Assembly: GCA_041576165.1 (NCBI GenBank)
Contig: JBFGLM010000072.1
Location: 1 to 19,627 of the forward strand
Direction of reading: 5' to 3'
Source of the DNA: Acidimicrobiia bacterium
Lineage (GTDB): Bacteria; Actinomycetota; Acidimicrobiia; Spongiisociales; Spongiisociaceae
DNA length: 19,627 nucleotides
A program made the position numbers and the translations under genes. The notes below the pieces were generated by a model. It was not told the DNA's origin, did not search any database, and saw only the letters and a program-made list of their open reading frames with translations. Each line of letters begins with the position of its first letter. The stretch's first letter is position 1. This document shows positions 8,382-16,722 of this stretch, in pieces.

Positions 8382-8750
8382 ATGGTGCCCATCCTCGCGC
8401 CCGTGTTTGGTTTGGTGAGGCGTTTCGGACGCGCCATCCGCCGGGGCTGGTCGGAGCCAGAGTTCCGGGGCCTCCTGTACCTGGTCGCGGCCGTGGTCGC
8501 TTCGGGCTGTGTCTTCTACCGGGCCGTCGAGGGGTGGAATTGGGTGGACTCTCTATATTTCACCGTTGTCACGCTCACGACCGTTGGCTATGGGGACCTG
8601 ACTCCCACGACCGCCGGGTCCAAGATCTTCACCGTCGTGCTGATCCTCATCGGCGTCGGATTGCTGGTGAGTTTCGTCGAGCGAATAGCCCGCTACGCGG
8701 CCGAGGACGTCCGGCGGTCCGGGCCGGGAAATGGGGACGTGGCCTCATAG
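8382..8750 (+). CDS. Potassium channel family protein (minimal 2-TM pore, Ion_trans_2)
   Basis: 122 aa: TM1, pore helix WVDSLYFTVVTLT, filter TVGYGD, TM2. No RCK or other gating domain. Confidence 0.9.
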   Translation: MVPILAPVFGLVRRFGRAIRRGWSEPEFRGLLYLVAAVVASGCVFYRAVEGWNWVDSLYFTVVTLTTVGYGDLTPTTAGSKIFTVVLILIGVGLLVSFVERIARYAAEDVRRSGPGNGDVAS

Positions 8751-8913
8751 TGGGCCGGCTCCGGCCAAGTCGCTCATTTCAGCGAGCCGCGGCGCGTGTT
8801 CCAGGCTCCGCCGAGTGCGCGGCGACAGAGGCCTGCCATCGACCGGCGAGAGATGGAAGACACTGATACGCGCCAAGAAACGGCCCGGTCACTGCCCCGG
8901 TGGAGCGGTCGTG

Positions 8914-9543
8914 CTACCCATCGGTGTCGGCGAGCGGGTACTCAATGGACTGTTCGACGAACATCGGGACGTAAGGCGCCAGCACCTCATAGGCACTCGG
9001 CCTCAACAGTGAGTAAAAGATCTCGATATCCGCCTGGTCTTAGATCTCCGGGTAGTCGGCTTTGAGCCAGCTCAGGAAGCTCGTGTGGTAATCGATCAGG
9101 TTCTGGTATTCAGGCAGCTCACTGACAAACGCGGACACGTCGCCGTCTTCATTGAATTCGACCGTATCGACGTAGTGCATGTCGACACCGGCGGGACCGT
9201 AGAACGCATCCGAGTAATCGACATCGCATTCAACGACCATGTCAGATATCGCCGTGCACGTTCTCGTCAAACCGGGCTCGATAGCAACGAAATGTTCTAT
9301 GGCCTCGGCGGTCGCCGCGTCCGACGCGCGGGCCGTATGAAGACCCATGCCGAGGTCCTGTACGGTCGGGGCGAGCCGGTATGAGATTGCCGCTTCTGTC
9401 GCAAACGGCTCGAGGAACGAAGCAACATCCCCGTTCTCGTAGGCGGCGTACATTTCCTCGACAGTCTGGATATGAGACGGTTCGCCATCCGAGCACGCGC
9501 TGATCACGAGGCTGAGCACGAGCACGACTGATAGAGTTTACAT
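8914..9543 (-). pseudogene. SnoaL/NTF2-like lipoprotein gene interrupted by two in-frame TAA stops
   Basis: GGGAGG-N4-ATG (9543) is followed at once by TAA (9538-9540), then TLSVVLVLSLVISAC (signal peptide + lipobox) and a SnoaL-like start (TVEEMYAAYENGDVASFLEPFA). After a second TAA at 9040-9042 the same frame continues 41 codons (DQADIEIFYSLLRP...FVEQSIEYPLADTDG) to TAG at 8914-8916. Confidence 0.65.
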
Positions 9544-9738
9544 TCATCCTCCCTGGTCGCTTGAGGTCCTCTCAGCGCAGGAGATGAGGCAACGAAACCA
9601 GCCTTACTGCCAAACATTGTCTGGCGAGCGAATCACCGTGAACTAGGGCCGGACGGCCCGTTGGAGCAGCTGCGGATCGGAGCTTGCTGAGTGAAGAGAT
9701 GCACGCGGCCGGTCGAGGGTCGTGCACCATCAAGTCGC

Positions 9739-10044
9739 TCACCTCAACAAGCTGAGCACCCCTGCCATGTGGTCCCGATACTCCTCGAGCCCTTTGGCTC
9801 CTCGCTCGGTCAGCCGGTACACGGTCCTGGGGATCTTGCCAAGGAAGGACTTCTCGATCTCGACATAGCCGGCGCTTTCGAGCTTGGCCGTGTGCGATGA
9901 CAGATTGCCTTTGGTCAAACCCGTCTGATCCATGAGAAAGAGGAAGTCGGCCTCGTCTACCGCATTCAGGACGACAAGGACCGCCAGGCGACCGGGCTCA
10001 TGGACGAGCCGATCCGGTTTGATACGAGGCAACGAGTCAACCAT
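9739..10044 (-). CDS. Winged helix-turn-helix transcriptional regulator (HTH_34, ArsR/MarR-like)
   Basis: 101 aa with DRLVHEPGRLAVL, ADFLFL, TGLTKGNLSSH, LESAGYVEIEK and PRTVYRLTERG. Overlaps the upstream gene by 8 nt. Confidence 0.9.
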   Translation of the reverse strand: MVDSLPRIKPDRLVHEPGRLAVLVVLNAVDEADFLFLMDQTGLTKGNLSSHTAKLESAGYVEIEKSFLGKIPRTVYRLTERGAKGLEEYRDHMAGVLSLLR

Positions 10045-10657
10045 CGCCCGGCAGTTCCCGCACTGGGTAGGTGCGGAGAAAACGGACCAGCGACCAGATC
10101 CCGACGATGGCGAGCAGCACAGCCAGGGCGACTAAATGCCAAGCCACGGCGGCATATGACTCACCGGATCCGAGCCACCACAACGGCAGCCCCCCGACGA
10201 CGGACAGCCCCCCAATGATCCGGTACCTCAACAAACCCGACTGAAAGCTGACATACCAGAACCCACCGGCAACGCTGACGCCCGAGACCAGCGGCGCGGC
10301 GCGCCGCCAGCTGGTGGCATCAGTGAACCCGCCCGAGACCAGGACCACGAGCACCATGAGCAAGAAAGCGCCGCCGGCGAACAACAGCATTCCCCGCCCC
10401 GCCCTCCCCAGCTCGTCCGAGCGCTCCCGGTAGTAGCCGATCCGGGGGTAGGTCACCCGCGCCTTGACCCGGTCGACAAGCCTCCATCCGTAGAGAACGA
10501 TGAACGCCGCCCAGATGGCGACGAATGATGGATACGCCACCAACCCCAACGCCATGGTCAGTAGCACCACGGCCGCAAATATCTCCATAAGACCGTCGCT
10601 ATAACCGGCCGCCCTCGCTCGCCGGTCGATCGCACCGATGTCGATGTCGCCACTCAT
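10037..10657 (-). CDS. Hypothetical membrane protein (about 6 TM helices) co-transcribed with the wHTH regulator
   Basis: 206 aa, AGGAGG RBS 6 nt before the ATG, six hydrophobic segments and a loop KARVTYPRIGY. Confidence 0.8.
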   Translation of the reverse strand: MSGDIDIGAIDRRARAAGYSDGLMEIFAAVVLLTMALGLVAYPSFVAIWAAFIVLYGWRLVDRVKARVTYPRIGYYRERSDELGRAGRGMLLFAGGAFLLMVLVVLVSGGFTDATSWRRAAPLVSGVSVAGGFWYVSFQSGLLRYRIIGGLSVVGGLPLWWLGSGESYAAVAWHLVALAVLLAIVGIWSLVRFLRTYPVRELPGDG

Positions 10658-10685
10658 GATCCGCCTCCTATGACAACAGCAATCG

Positions 10686-10700
10686 GTTTGTACTACAAAC
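10686..10700. promoter_or_regulatory. Perfect palindromic operator GTTTGTA-C-TACAAAC
   Basis: 7-1-7 perfect inverted repeat directly downstream of the -10 element, covering the expected start site of the membrane protein/wHTH operon. Confidence 0.7.
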
Positions 10701-10701
10701 T

Positions 10702-10731
10702 AGTTTACTTCAATGAAGCAGCCATGGTCAA
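10702..10731 (-). promoter_or_regulatory. sigma70-type promoter TTGACC-N18-TAAACT
   Basis: -35 TTGACC at 10726-10731 and -10 TAAACT at 10702-10707 on the minus strand, in an AT-rich island 45 nt upstream of ATG 10657. Confidence 0.68.
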
Positions 10732-10819
10732 GGTACGGCCCTCGCTCCGGTGCCGGTCATCCGCTTCCGCTGGGCCGGGACATGCGGTAGCGTGAGCACG
10801 CCACTCGGGAGCGACGCCA

Positions 10820-11635
10820 GTGCCGCACACTCCTCCGTCAGCCGGCGTTTCGATCGGATACGAAGTACATGGGACGCGCGGCGAGGTCCTGCTGCTCATC
10901 TCCGGTACGGGGCATGACCGACGCTTCTGGGACGGCCAGCTCGGTGCATTCTCAGCCCGTTTCCGCACGATCGTGTTCGACAACAGAGGCGCGGGATTCA
11001 GCGGCGCCCCGCCCCCGGGATACACACTCGCCGACATGGCGGACGACGCGGCTCGGGTGCTAGACCACGCCGCCGTGCAACGGGCCCATGTCATGGGATT
11101 CTCGATGGGAGGGCACATCGCCCAGGAGCTAGCCCTCAACCACCCGGAGCGGGTATCGAGCCTGGGGATCCACCACAGCTGGGCGCGCAACTGTCCTCGT
11201 CTTCAGTCATTCCAGGAGACCCGGCGATACCTGGCCCTCAGCGACCAGCGACGAGCGCTTGTGGAGTTCTCCATCCTTGGACTGCATTCCCACGATTATT
11301 ACAACAACAACGTCGAGGCGCTCGAGCGGCATCGGCGCTTCCTCCTCGACGACTCACCGCTCAACGCGGGCTGGATCGGACAGCTGGAGGCATGCCTCTC
11401 CGGCGACACGTACGAGCGACTGCCTCAAATCCGTGTGCCAACACTCGTGACCTGCTCCGACCTCGACGTCATCGCCGCCCCGCACCACTCCCAGGAACTC
11501 GCTGAACGTATCCCGAACGCGCTGCTCCACATGATGACCGGAACTGGCCACGTGGCGCTCATCGAACGGCCCGACGAGTTTGCCAGCGTATGCCTCGAGT
11601 TTCTCGAGGGTGTGTCCCAGCGGCCGTTGGAATGA
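10820..11635 (+). CDS. Alpha/beta fold hydrolase (PcaD/RutD-like clan)
   Basis: 271 aa with FDNRGAGFS, nucleophile motif GFSMGG, candidate acid in CSDLD and catalytic His in TGH. GGGAG precedes GTG 10820. Confidence 0.88.
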   Translation: MPHTPPSAGVSIGYEVHGTRGEVLLLISGTGHDRRFWDGQLGAFSARFRTIVFDNRGAGFSGAPPPGYTLADMADDAARVLDHAAVQRAHVMGFSMGGHIAQELALNHPERVSSLGIHHSWARNCPRLQSFQETRRYLALSDQRRALVEFSILGLHSHDYYNNNVEALERHRRFLLDDSPLNAGWIGQLEACLSGDTYERLPQIRVPTLVTCSDLDVIAAPHHSQELAERIPNALLHMMTGTGHVALIERPDEFASVCLEFLEGVSQRPLE

Positions 11636-11734
11636 CGGGGCCGCTGCGCGAGGACTCACTGGGAATCCGCCGATCAGGTGGCTGCGAAGGATTGTTCACT
11701 TCTGGATGCTTTGCCCGTGCGGAGCTTCGCGGTT

Positions 11735-14125
11735 TCAGAGCGCAACGACCTCGGTCGTACCGGCGTGAACATCGAGGAGCTTGTCGCGGAAGCCGATCCG
11801 GACCGCTGCAGCCTGGCCGGGAGGGGTTGTCACGGTGAACTGGTCCGGCGTGATGTGGAAATGGAGCAGCATCTCGCGGTAGCGGATCTCGAAATGCAGA
11901 CTGCGCAGCTCATCGGGGATGACCGGATCCAGCCACAGAATGTCGTCGCGGGTCTCGATGCCGGTGAAGCCGCGTTGCACCAGGTCGACCGTTCCTGCCA
12001 TGGCACCCAGGTGGATGCCCTCCGGTGTTGTTCCTCCCTGGATATCGGCTACGTCGCTCAGCAGGGCATCCCTGAAGAACTGCCACGACCGTTTTCGATC
12101 CGACCGCGCCAGCACCCACGCATGGACTATCCGGCTCAACGTGGATCCGTGGCACGTGCGCTGGTCGTAGTACGCAATGTTGCGATGGATGGTTTCCCCG
12201 TCGATCTCGTAGCCGAGCCGCTCGAAGATCAAATGCAGCTCATCGGACGACAACAAGTAGAACAGCATCAGCACGTCGGCCTGTTTCGAGACCTTGTAGC
12301 GGTTGGGGGAGTCGCCCTCGGCCTCGAGAATTCGATCGAGACGCTGGATGTCGCCGTACCTCTCCTGGTACCCCAGCCAGTCGAATTCCTCGAGACCCCC
12401 GTACCCCTCGAACTGGCTGATTATGCCATCTTCGTGAAACGGGACTTTGAGTTTGTGACTTATCTCGTCCCAGCGCTCCACCTCGTCGTGACGGAGGTCC
12501 AGCTTGTCCGCCAGCTCATCGCGCCGGGACTCCGGTATGAGCTCGAGGGCCTCGGTGGCCCGGCACAGGACCCAGGCAGCCATGACGTTGGTGTAGGCAT
12601 TGTTGTTGAGGCCCGGCTCGTCGGCGTCGGGATACGCATCGTGGTACTCGTCGGGTCCCATCACCCGGAGGATCTCGTAGCGATCAAGCGCCCGGTTGTA
12701 CGTAGCCAGGCTTGCCATCAAGCGGGCGATCTCCAGCATCATCTCGGCACCGCCGTACGACAAAAAGCCGACGTCTCCTGTGATCTGGTAGTACTGCCAG
12801 ACGTTGTATGCAACGGCGATGTTGATGTGACGCTGCAGCGAGCTGTTGTCCGGGACCCAGCGTCCTGACTTCGGATTCAAGTGCACCACCTGGCTCTCTT
12901 CCTTTCCGCTGCTCCCGCTCTGCCATGGGTAGAGCGCGCCGTCGAGGCCTGCGGCGGCTGCGGCCCAGCGAGCCTCAGGAAGACGCCGGTAGCGGTAGAG
13001 CAGGAGCGCGCGCGTCAGGTCGGGAAGGTGGAGGTTCAGGTAGGGGAAGATGAACAGCTCGTCCCAGAAGATGTGTCCCCGATACGCCTCGCCGTGCCAC
13101 CCGCGAGCGGGAACACCAACGTCGAGATCAATCGTGTGCTTGGAGACCGTCTGCATGAGGTGGAAGGAGTGAAGGTTCAATACCATCGCCTCGAGGTCGT
13201 CGGCGCCGGTGGCGAGGTGGAATCTTCTCCAGAGCAGATCCCAGGCCAGCGCATGAGTCTGCAGCAACTCGTCGAACGAGGGCAGACGGTCGAGCCACGT
13301 CCGTGCCTCGAGGCCCGGCTCCGAGATCGCGTGGTCACGCGATGTGTAGAGCGTGATGATCTTGTCGAGCGTTGTCTCCACGCCCTCGGTGACGTCGAAT
13401 TCGAGGCGCTGGGCTACGAAGCGTGGTTGTTGGACCGACTCGACCTCGACTGCGACAAGTTCGCCGGCACGTCGGACATTGTGGGATCCGGCCATCGCCA
13501 CACGGATCCGCGATTGTGTGGTCTCGACCTGCAAGTACATGGACTTCGTGTTCGAATGGCCTTCCTCAAACGAAGCGAGATGCTGGTTCCGGAGGCTGCG
13601 ATACCGAGCCACACCAGAGTTGACGACCCGGCCGTCGATCCCGGACTCGACCAGGATTCGGCCGGACCAGTTCTCGGGTAGGAATGACGTCTGGAGGCCG
13701 GCGACATGTGGACGGCCCATGTGCACGAAGCGGCGTTGCTCGACCCGGGTGCGACGACCCGCAATGTCCTCGAACATGAAGTGGCGCGTCAATACTCCGC
13801 GGCGAAGATCGAGTTCCTGGCGGTAGTCCTCGATTCGGGCATTCTTCAATGAAAACCATTCGCCGTCCGCCAGGCCAAACCGGAGGTGGAGCCAGTTTGG
13901 GACATTGACGAGATCCTCGTTGACGATGTCGCGACCATCGACTTCGGTCACGAGCCGGTTGTAGAGGCCGGCGACGTAGGTGCCTGGATAATGCACGTCG
14001 TCTGCAGACGCTTCCGGGGCGGCACCTCTGGTCGCGAAGTAGCCGTTGCCCAGTGTGCACAGGGCCTCGCGGAGTTTCTCCTCGGTCGGATCGAATCCGT
14101 CGTACGAGAGCGTCCAGCGGTTCAT
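11735..14125 (-). CDS. Glycoside hydrolase family 65 (trehalose/kojibiose-type phosphorylase)
   Basis: 796 aa with EALCTLGNGYFATRG, GEAYRGHIFWDE, catalytic GPDEYH, KQADVLML, HGSTLS and TTPEGIHLGAMAG. The start overlaps the upstream stop (ATGA). Confidence 0.93.
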   Translation of the reverse strand: MNRWTLSYDGFDPTEEKLREALCTLGNGYFATRGAAPEASADDVHYPGTYVAGLYNRLVTEVDGRDIVNEDLVNVPNWLHLRFGLADGEWFSLKNARIEDYRQELDLRRGVLTRHFMFEDIAGRRTRVEQRRFVHMGRPHVAGLQTSFLPENWSGRILVESGIDGRVVNSGVARYRSLRNQHLASFEEGHSNTKSMYLQVETTQSRIRVAMAGSHNVRRAGELVAVEVESVQQPRFVAQRLEFDVTEGVETTLDKIITLYTSRDHAISEPGLEARTWLDRLPSFDELLQTHALAWDLLWRRFHLATGADDLEAMVLNLHSFHLMQTVSKHTIDLDVGVPARGWHGEAYRGHIFWDELFIFPYLNLHLPDLTRALLLYRYRRLPEARWAAAAAGLDGALYPWQSGSSGKEESQVVHLNPKSGRWVPDNSSLQRHINIAVAYNVWQYYQITGDVGFLSYGGAEMMLEIARLMASLATYNRALDRYEILRVMGPDEYHDAYPDADEPGLNNNAYTNVMAAWVLCRATEALELIPESRRDELADKLDLRHDEVERWDEISHKLKVPFHEDGIISQFEGYGGLEEFDWLGYQERYGDIQRLDRILEAEGDSPNRYKVSKQADVLMLFYLLSSDELHLIFERLGYEIDGETIHRNIAYYDQRTCHGSTLSRIVHAWVLARSDRKRSWQFFRDALLSDVADIQGGTTPEGIHLGAMAGTVDLVQRGFTGIETRDDILWLDPVIPDELRSLHFEIRYREMLLHFHITPDQFTVTTPPGQAAAVRIGFRDKLLDVHAGTTEVVAL

Positions 14126-15687
14126 GGCCGACGTGACGCAGCGAGCTTTGACAGGAAGGTCGCTACCTGGTCGGTGTCATCGAGCGCGTACCGAGCGTGG
14201 GTTGGCTCACCTTCACGGCCGACCACAATCCCGATGCCGCGTTTGTGGATGATCCGAAACGCATCCTCGTCTGTGGTGTCGTCGCCCAGGTAGATCGGTG
14301 TGATCCGGTAGCGATCGAGGTCGAGCTCATCGAGCAGCCAGTGCAAGGCGCGTCCTTTGTCCCAATCGAAGTCCGGCCTGAACTCGAAGATCTTCTTGCC
14401 AGAAGCAACGCGCAGTGATGGCACTGTCGGTGCCGTGGCACGAACCGCAGCCTCGACCTTCGGGTAGTCGGAATCAGCGACGCGTCGGTAGTGCACGGCA
14501 ATCGCAAACCGCTTCCGTTCGACCTGCGCCCCGGGCACCTCGCCCAGTTGTGCCTCGAGCATCTCGGTGGCCTTGTCGAGGGGGTCGAGGTAGTCCCCGA
14601 ATCGATCGAGCCGCTCGTCGACGACCGGCTCGCCAGACGGGGCGACGATGTCGAAACCATGGCTTCCTGCGTAGTAGATGCCCGGCACATCAACCTTGCT
14701 GCGGACGTCGGCCACATCCCTGCCGCTCACCACAGCGACGGTGGCGACCTCGGCGAGGTCTGTCAGCACAGCCCGCATTCGATCGGTCAACACGGCGAGA
14801 TCGGGATGGCTCACGATCGGCGTCAGGACTCCGTCGTAGTCGAGAAAGACGACCAGGTTGGAGCCGTTGAGCCGTTCGAGGATCTCATCTTCATGACCAG
14901 CTACCGAGGGAACACCCGATCGCGGCACCGGCGAGGCCGGCCGCACCGATACGTACTCGAGGTCGGGCACCACCACCGTTGCTCCCGACGCGGCGAGCTC
15001 CTGCGCCTGATCGCCCCGGTCTACCCCGATGACGACACGGAATCCTCCCGCGCGGCCGGCTTCGACACCTGACTGGGCGTCCTCGACTATGGCGGCGCGC
15101 CCGGGGCTGGTCCCCGTGCGTGACGTGGCCTCCAGGAACACGGCAGGGTGCGGCTTCCCGGGGATTCCCAACTCTGCGGCTACCAAGCCATCGATCCGGA
15201 TCTTGAACAAGTCGAGTAGGCCGGCCGCCTCGAGTACAGCCGTCGCGTTGCGGCTGGATGAGATCAATGCCGTCTCGACACCCTGGCGCTGGAGCTGCTT
15301 GACAAACGCGACACTGGTTTCGTATGCGTCGACACCGTGGGTTTCCAGATGGCGGAGGAAGTATCCGTTCTTCCGGTTTCCGAGTCCCGAGACCGTATCC
15401 GCGTCCGGCGGGTCATCAGGAGTGCCTCGCGGAAGCTCAATACCCCGAGACTCCAGGAAGCTGGCGACACCGTCGTAGCGAGGTTTGCCGTCGACGAACT
15501 CGAGATAGTCGGTGACCTCGAACGGTCGAAACGGTTCCCCGGTGCGCTCCGCGCGTTCCTGCAGGTATTCGTTGAAGAGCTGCGCCCACGCCGCCTGGTG
15601 CACCGACGCCGTCTTGGTGATCACCCCATCGAGGTCGAAGATCACCGCATCGATGGCGTCGACGTCGATCGCGTACTGATCATTCAT
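14122..15687 (-). CDS. otsB: Fusion of a beta-phosphoglucomutase-like HAD domain and trehalose-6-phosphate phosphatase
   Basis: N-domain FDLDGVITKT, VDGKPRYDGV, SSSRN, GKPHP and EDAQSG. C-domain FLDYDGVLTPIV, VSGR, YAGSHG, GKKIFEFRP and GDDTTDEDAF. Start set at ATG 15687 (MNDQYAID). Confidence 0.85.
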   Translation of the reverse strand: MNDQYAIDVDAIDAVIFDLDGVITKTASVHQAAWAQLFNEYLQERAERTGEPFRPFEVTDYLEFVDGKPRYDGVASFLESRGIELPRGTPDDPPDADTVSGLGNRKNGYFLRHLETHGVDAYETSVAFVKQLQRQGVETALISSSRNATAVLEAAGLLDLFKIRIDGLVAAELGIPGKPHPAVFLEATSRTGTSPGRAAIVEDAQSGVEAGRAGGFRVVIGVDRGDQAQELAASGATVVVPDLEYVSVRPASPVPRSGVPSVAGHEDEILERLNGSNLVVFLDYDGVLTPIVSHPDLAVLTDRMRAVLTDLAEVATVAVVSGRDVADVRSKVDVPGIYYAGSHGFDIVAPSGEPVVDERLDRFGDYLDPLDKATEMLEAQLGEVPGAQVERKRFAIAVHYRRVADSDYPKVEAAVRATAPTVPSLRVASGKKIFEFRPDFDWDKGRALHWLLDELDLDRYRITPIYLGDDTTDEDAFRIIHKRGIGIVVGREGEPTHARYALDDTDQVATFLSKLAASRRP

Positions 15688-15730
15688 GTCCCGCTGCTTT
15701 CCCCACTCGGGGACGATCCTAAGGCTGGCG

Positions 15731-15828
15731 GGTGCCCTCAGGGGCCCCAAGAGCCGACAGGTTGGCGGCGAGTTCGCGTTGGGTCACGAACTTCCGGCTG
15801 TGAGGTGCCCTCAGGGGCCCCTGGAGCC
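15731..15828. repeat. Two-copy 25-bp direct repeat GGTGCCCTCAGGGGCCCCnnGAGCC, period 73 bp
   Basis: Copies at 15731-15755 and 15804-15828 are 23/25 identical and each contains the palindrome CCCT-C-AGGG. Intergenic, upstream of otsB; a minus-strand -10 candidate TAGGAT lies at 15716-15721. Confidence 0.75.
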
Positions 15829-16020
15829 TAAGGAAGCAAGACCCGCACGCAGATCCCGGCCATACCGCCTCCGAGAGGTGCTCGTCTGAACGTCACACTG
15901 CGGCGTCGCCGGACCCGCTCAAGCGCCGCGTCGACGGCTCCTTTGCCAATCGCCCCATCCGCAGAGTGCCTCGCAGGGATTGACCCCGCCGGGCGGGCAC
16001 TACCAGCTACCTTTGTTCCC

Positions 16021-16677
16021 ATGAAGGGCCGGCACGCGATCGTGGGGCTCGTCCTCCTGCTTGCCGCCGCATGCGGGGACTCGGGCGGCGAGACCACTAC
16101 CACGCCGCCAACCGCTCCGGCCACCGCCGCCCCCACTACGCCGCCCACCGTTACCACTACGACGCTGCCACCCGAGACGACGACCACGGTCGCCACCACG
16201 GTCGCACCCGCTTCCGACGTGTCTGTGTCTATCCGTAGCATCGGACCGGTGCGGATCGGCATGACGGTCTCCGAAGCCGAAGATGCTTCGGGCCTCACGC
16301 TCGTCGGCGAGCCCGACCCAACAATCAGTGAGAACTGCTATTTCGTGGCTCCCGACGGCACTCCGGGCTACGAGGGTGTGTCATTCATCGTCGTCGACGA
16401 CCGGATCGGGCGGGTCGACATCGACCCGCCCAGCACGATCACCACGCGCTCGGGCGCCGGCATCGGCTCAACCGAACAGGAACTGCGGGACCTCTTCCCA
16501 GGTCAGATTGAAGATGCGGCAGAGTTCATCGTCGACGGCCGGGCGGTCATGTTCGTCCCCCAGGACGAGGTCGACGAGGACTATCGCGTCATCTTCGAGC
16601 TCGACGAACAGAGCACGGTCGCCCGCTTCCGCTCCGGGGTGTTACCGCCCGTTGGCTTCGGCGAGGGCTGCGCCTAG
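16021..16677 (+). CDS. Hypothetical lipoprotein with Thr/Pro-rich linker
   Basis: Signal and lipobox MKGRHAIVGLVLLLAAAC, a TTTTPPTAP...TTTTLPPETTTT linker, and a globular C-domain with two Cys (ENCY, EGCA). TACCTT-N7-ATG. Confidence 0.8.
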   Translation: MKGRHAIVGLVLLLAAACGDSGGETTTTPPTAPATAAPTTPPTVTTTTLPPETTTTVATTVAPASDVSVSIRSIGPVRIGMTVSEAEDASGLTLVGEPDPTISENCYFVAPDGTPGYEGVSFIVVDDRIGRVDIDPPSTITTRSGAGIGSTEQELRDLFPGQIEDAAEFIVDGRAVMFVPQDEVDEDYRVIFELDEQSTVARFRSGVLPPVGFGEGCA

Positions 16678-16722
16678 CCCCATCGAGTGCATGGTTGGGG
16701 CGGTGGGCGAGACCCACAGCGG

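Noticed and set aside
9242-9547. 101-aa ORF starting MNVNSISR
   Set aside because: The RBS abuts its ATG with no spacing and the product is Arg-rich frame noise overlapping the SnoaL-like frame.
9646-9688. Two hairpins downstream of the wHTH gene as a terminator
   Set aside because: One has a 2-nt loop, the other has a bulge and a mismatch, and neither has a U-tract; too weak to call.
11678-12868. 396-aa plus-strand ORF and similar long antisense ORFs (5876..7189, 12881..13681, 1606..2283)
   Set aside because: Shadow frames of well-supported minus-strand genes, expected at high GC, with no motifs.
15731-15900. Mini-CRISPR reading of the palindromic 25-bp repeat with 48-bp spacer
   Set aside because: Only two real copies, the third position matches just 5-7 nt, and there are no cas genes or AT-rich leader. 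A regulatory role fits the position better.
16093-16200. ACC/ACG-rich quasi-tandem repeats
   Set aside because: Explained by the Thr/Pro linker codons of the lipoprotein.
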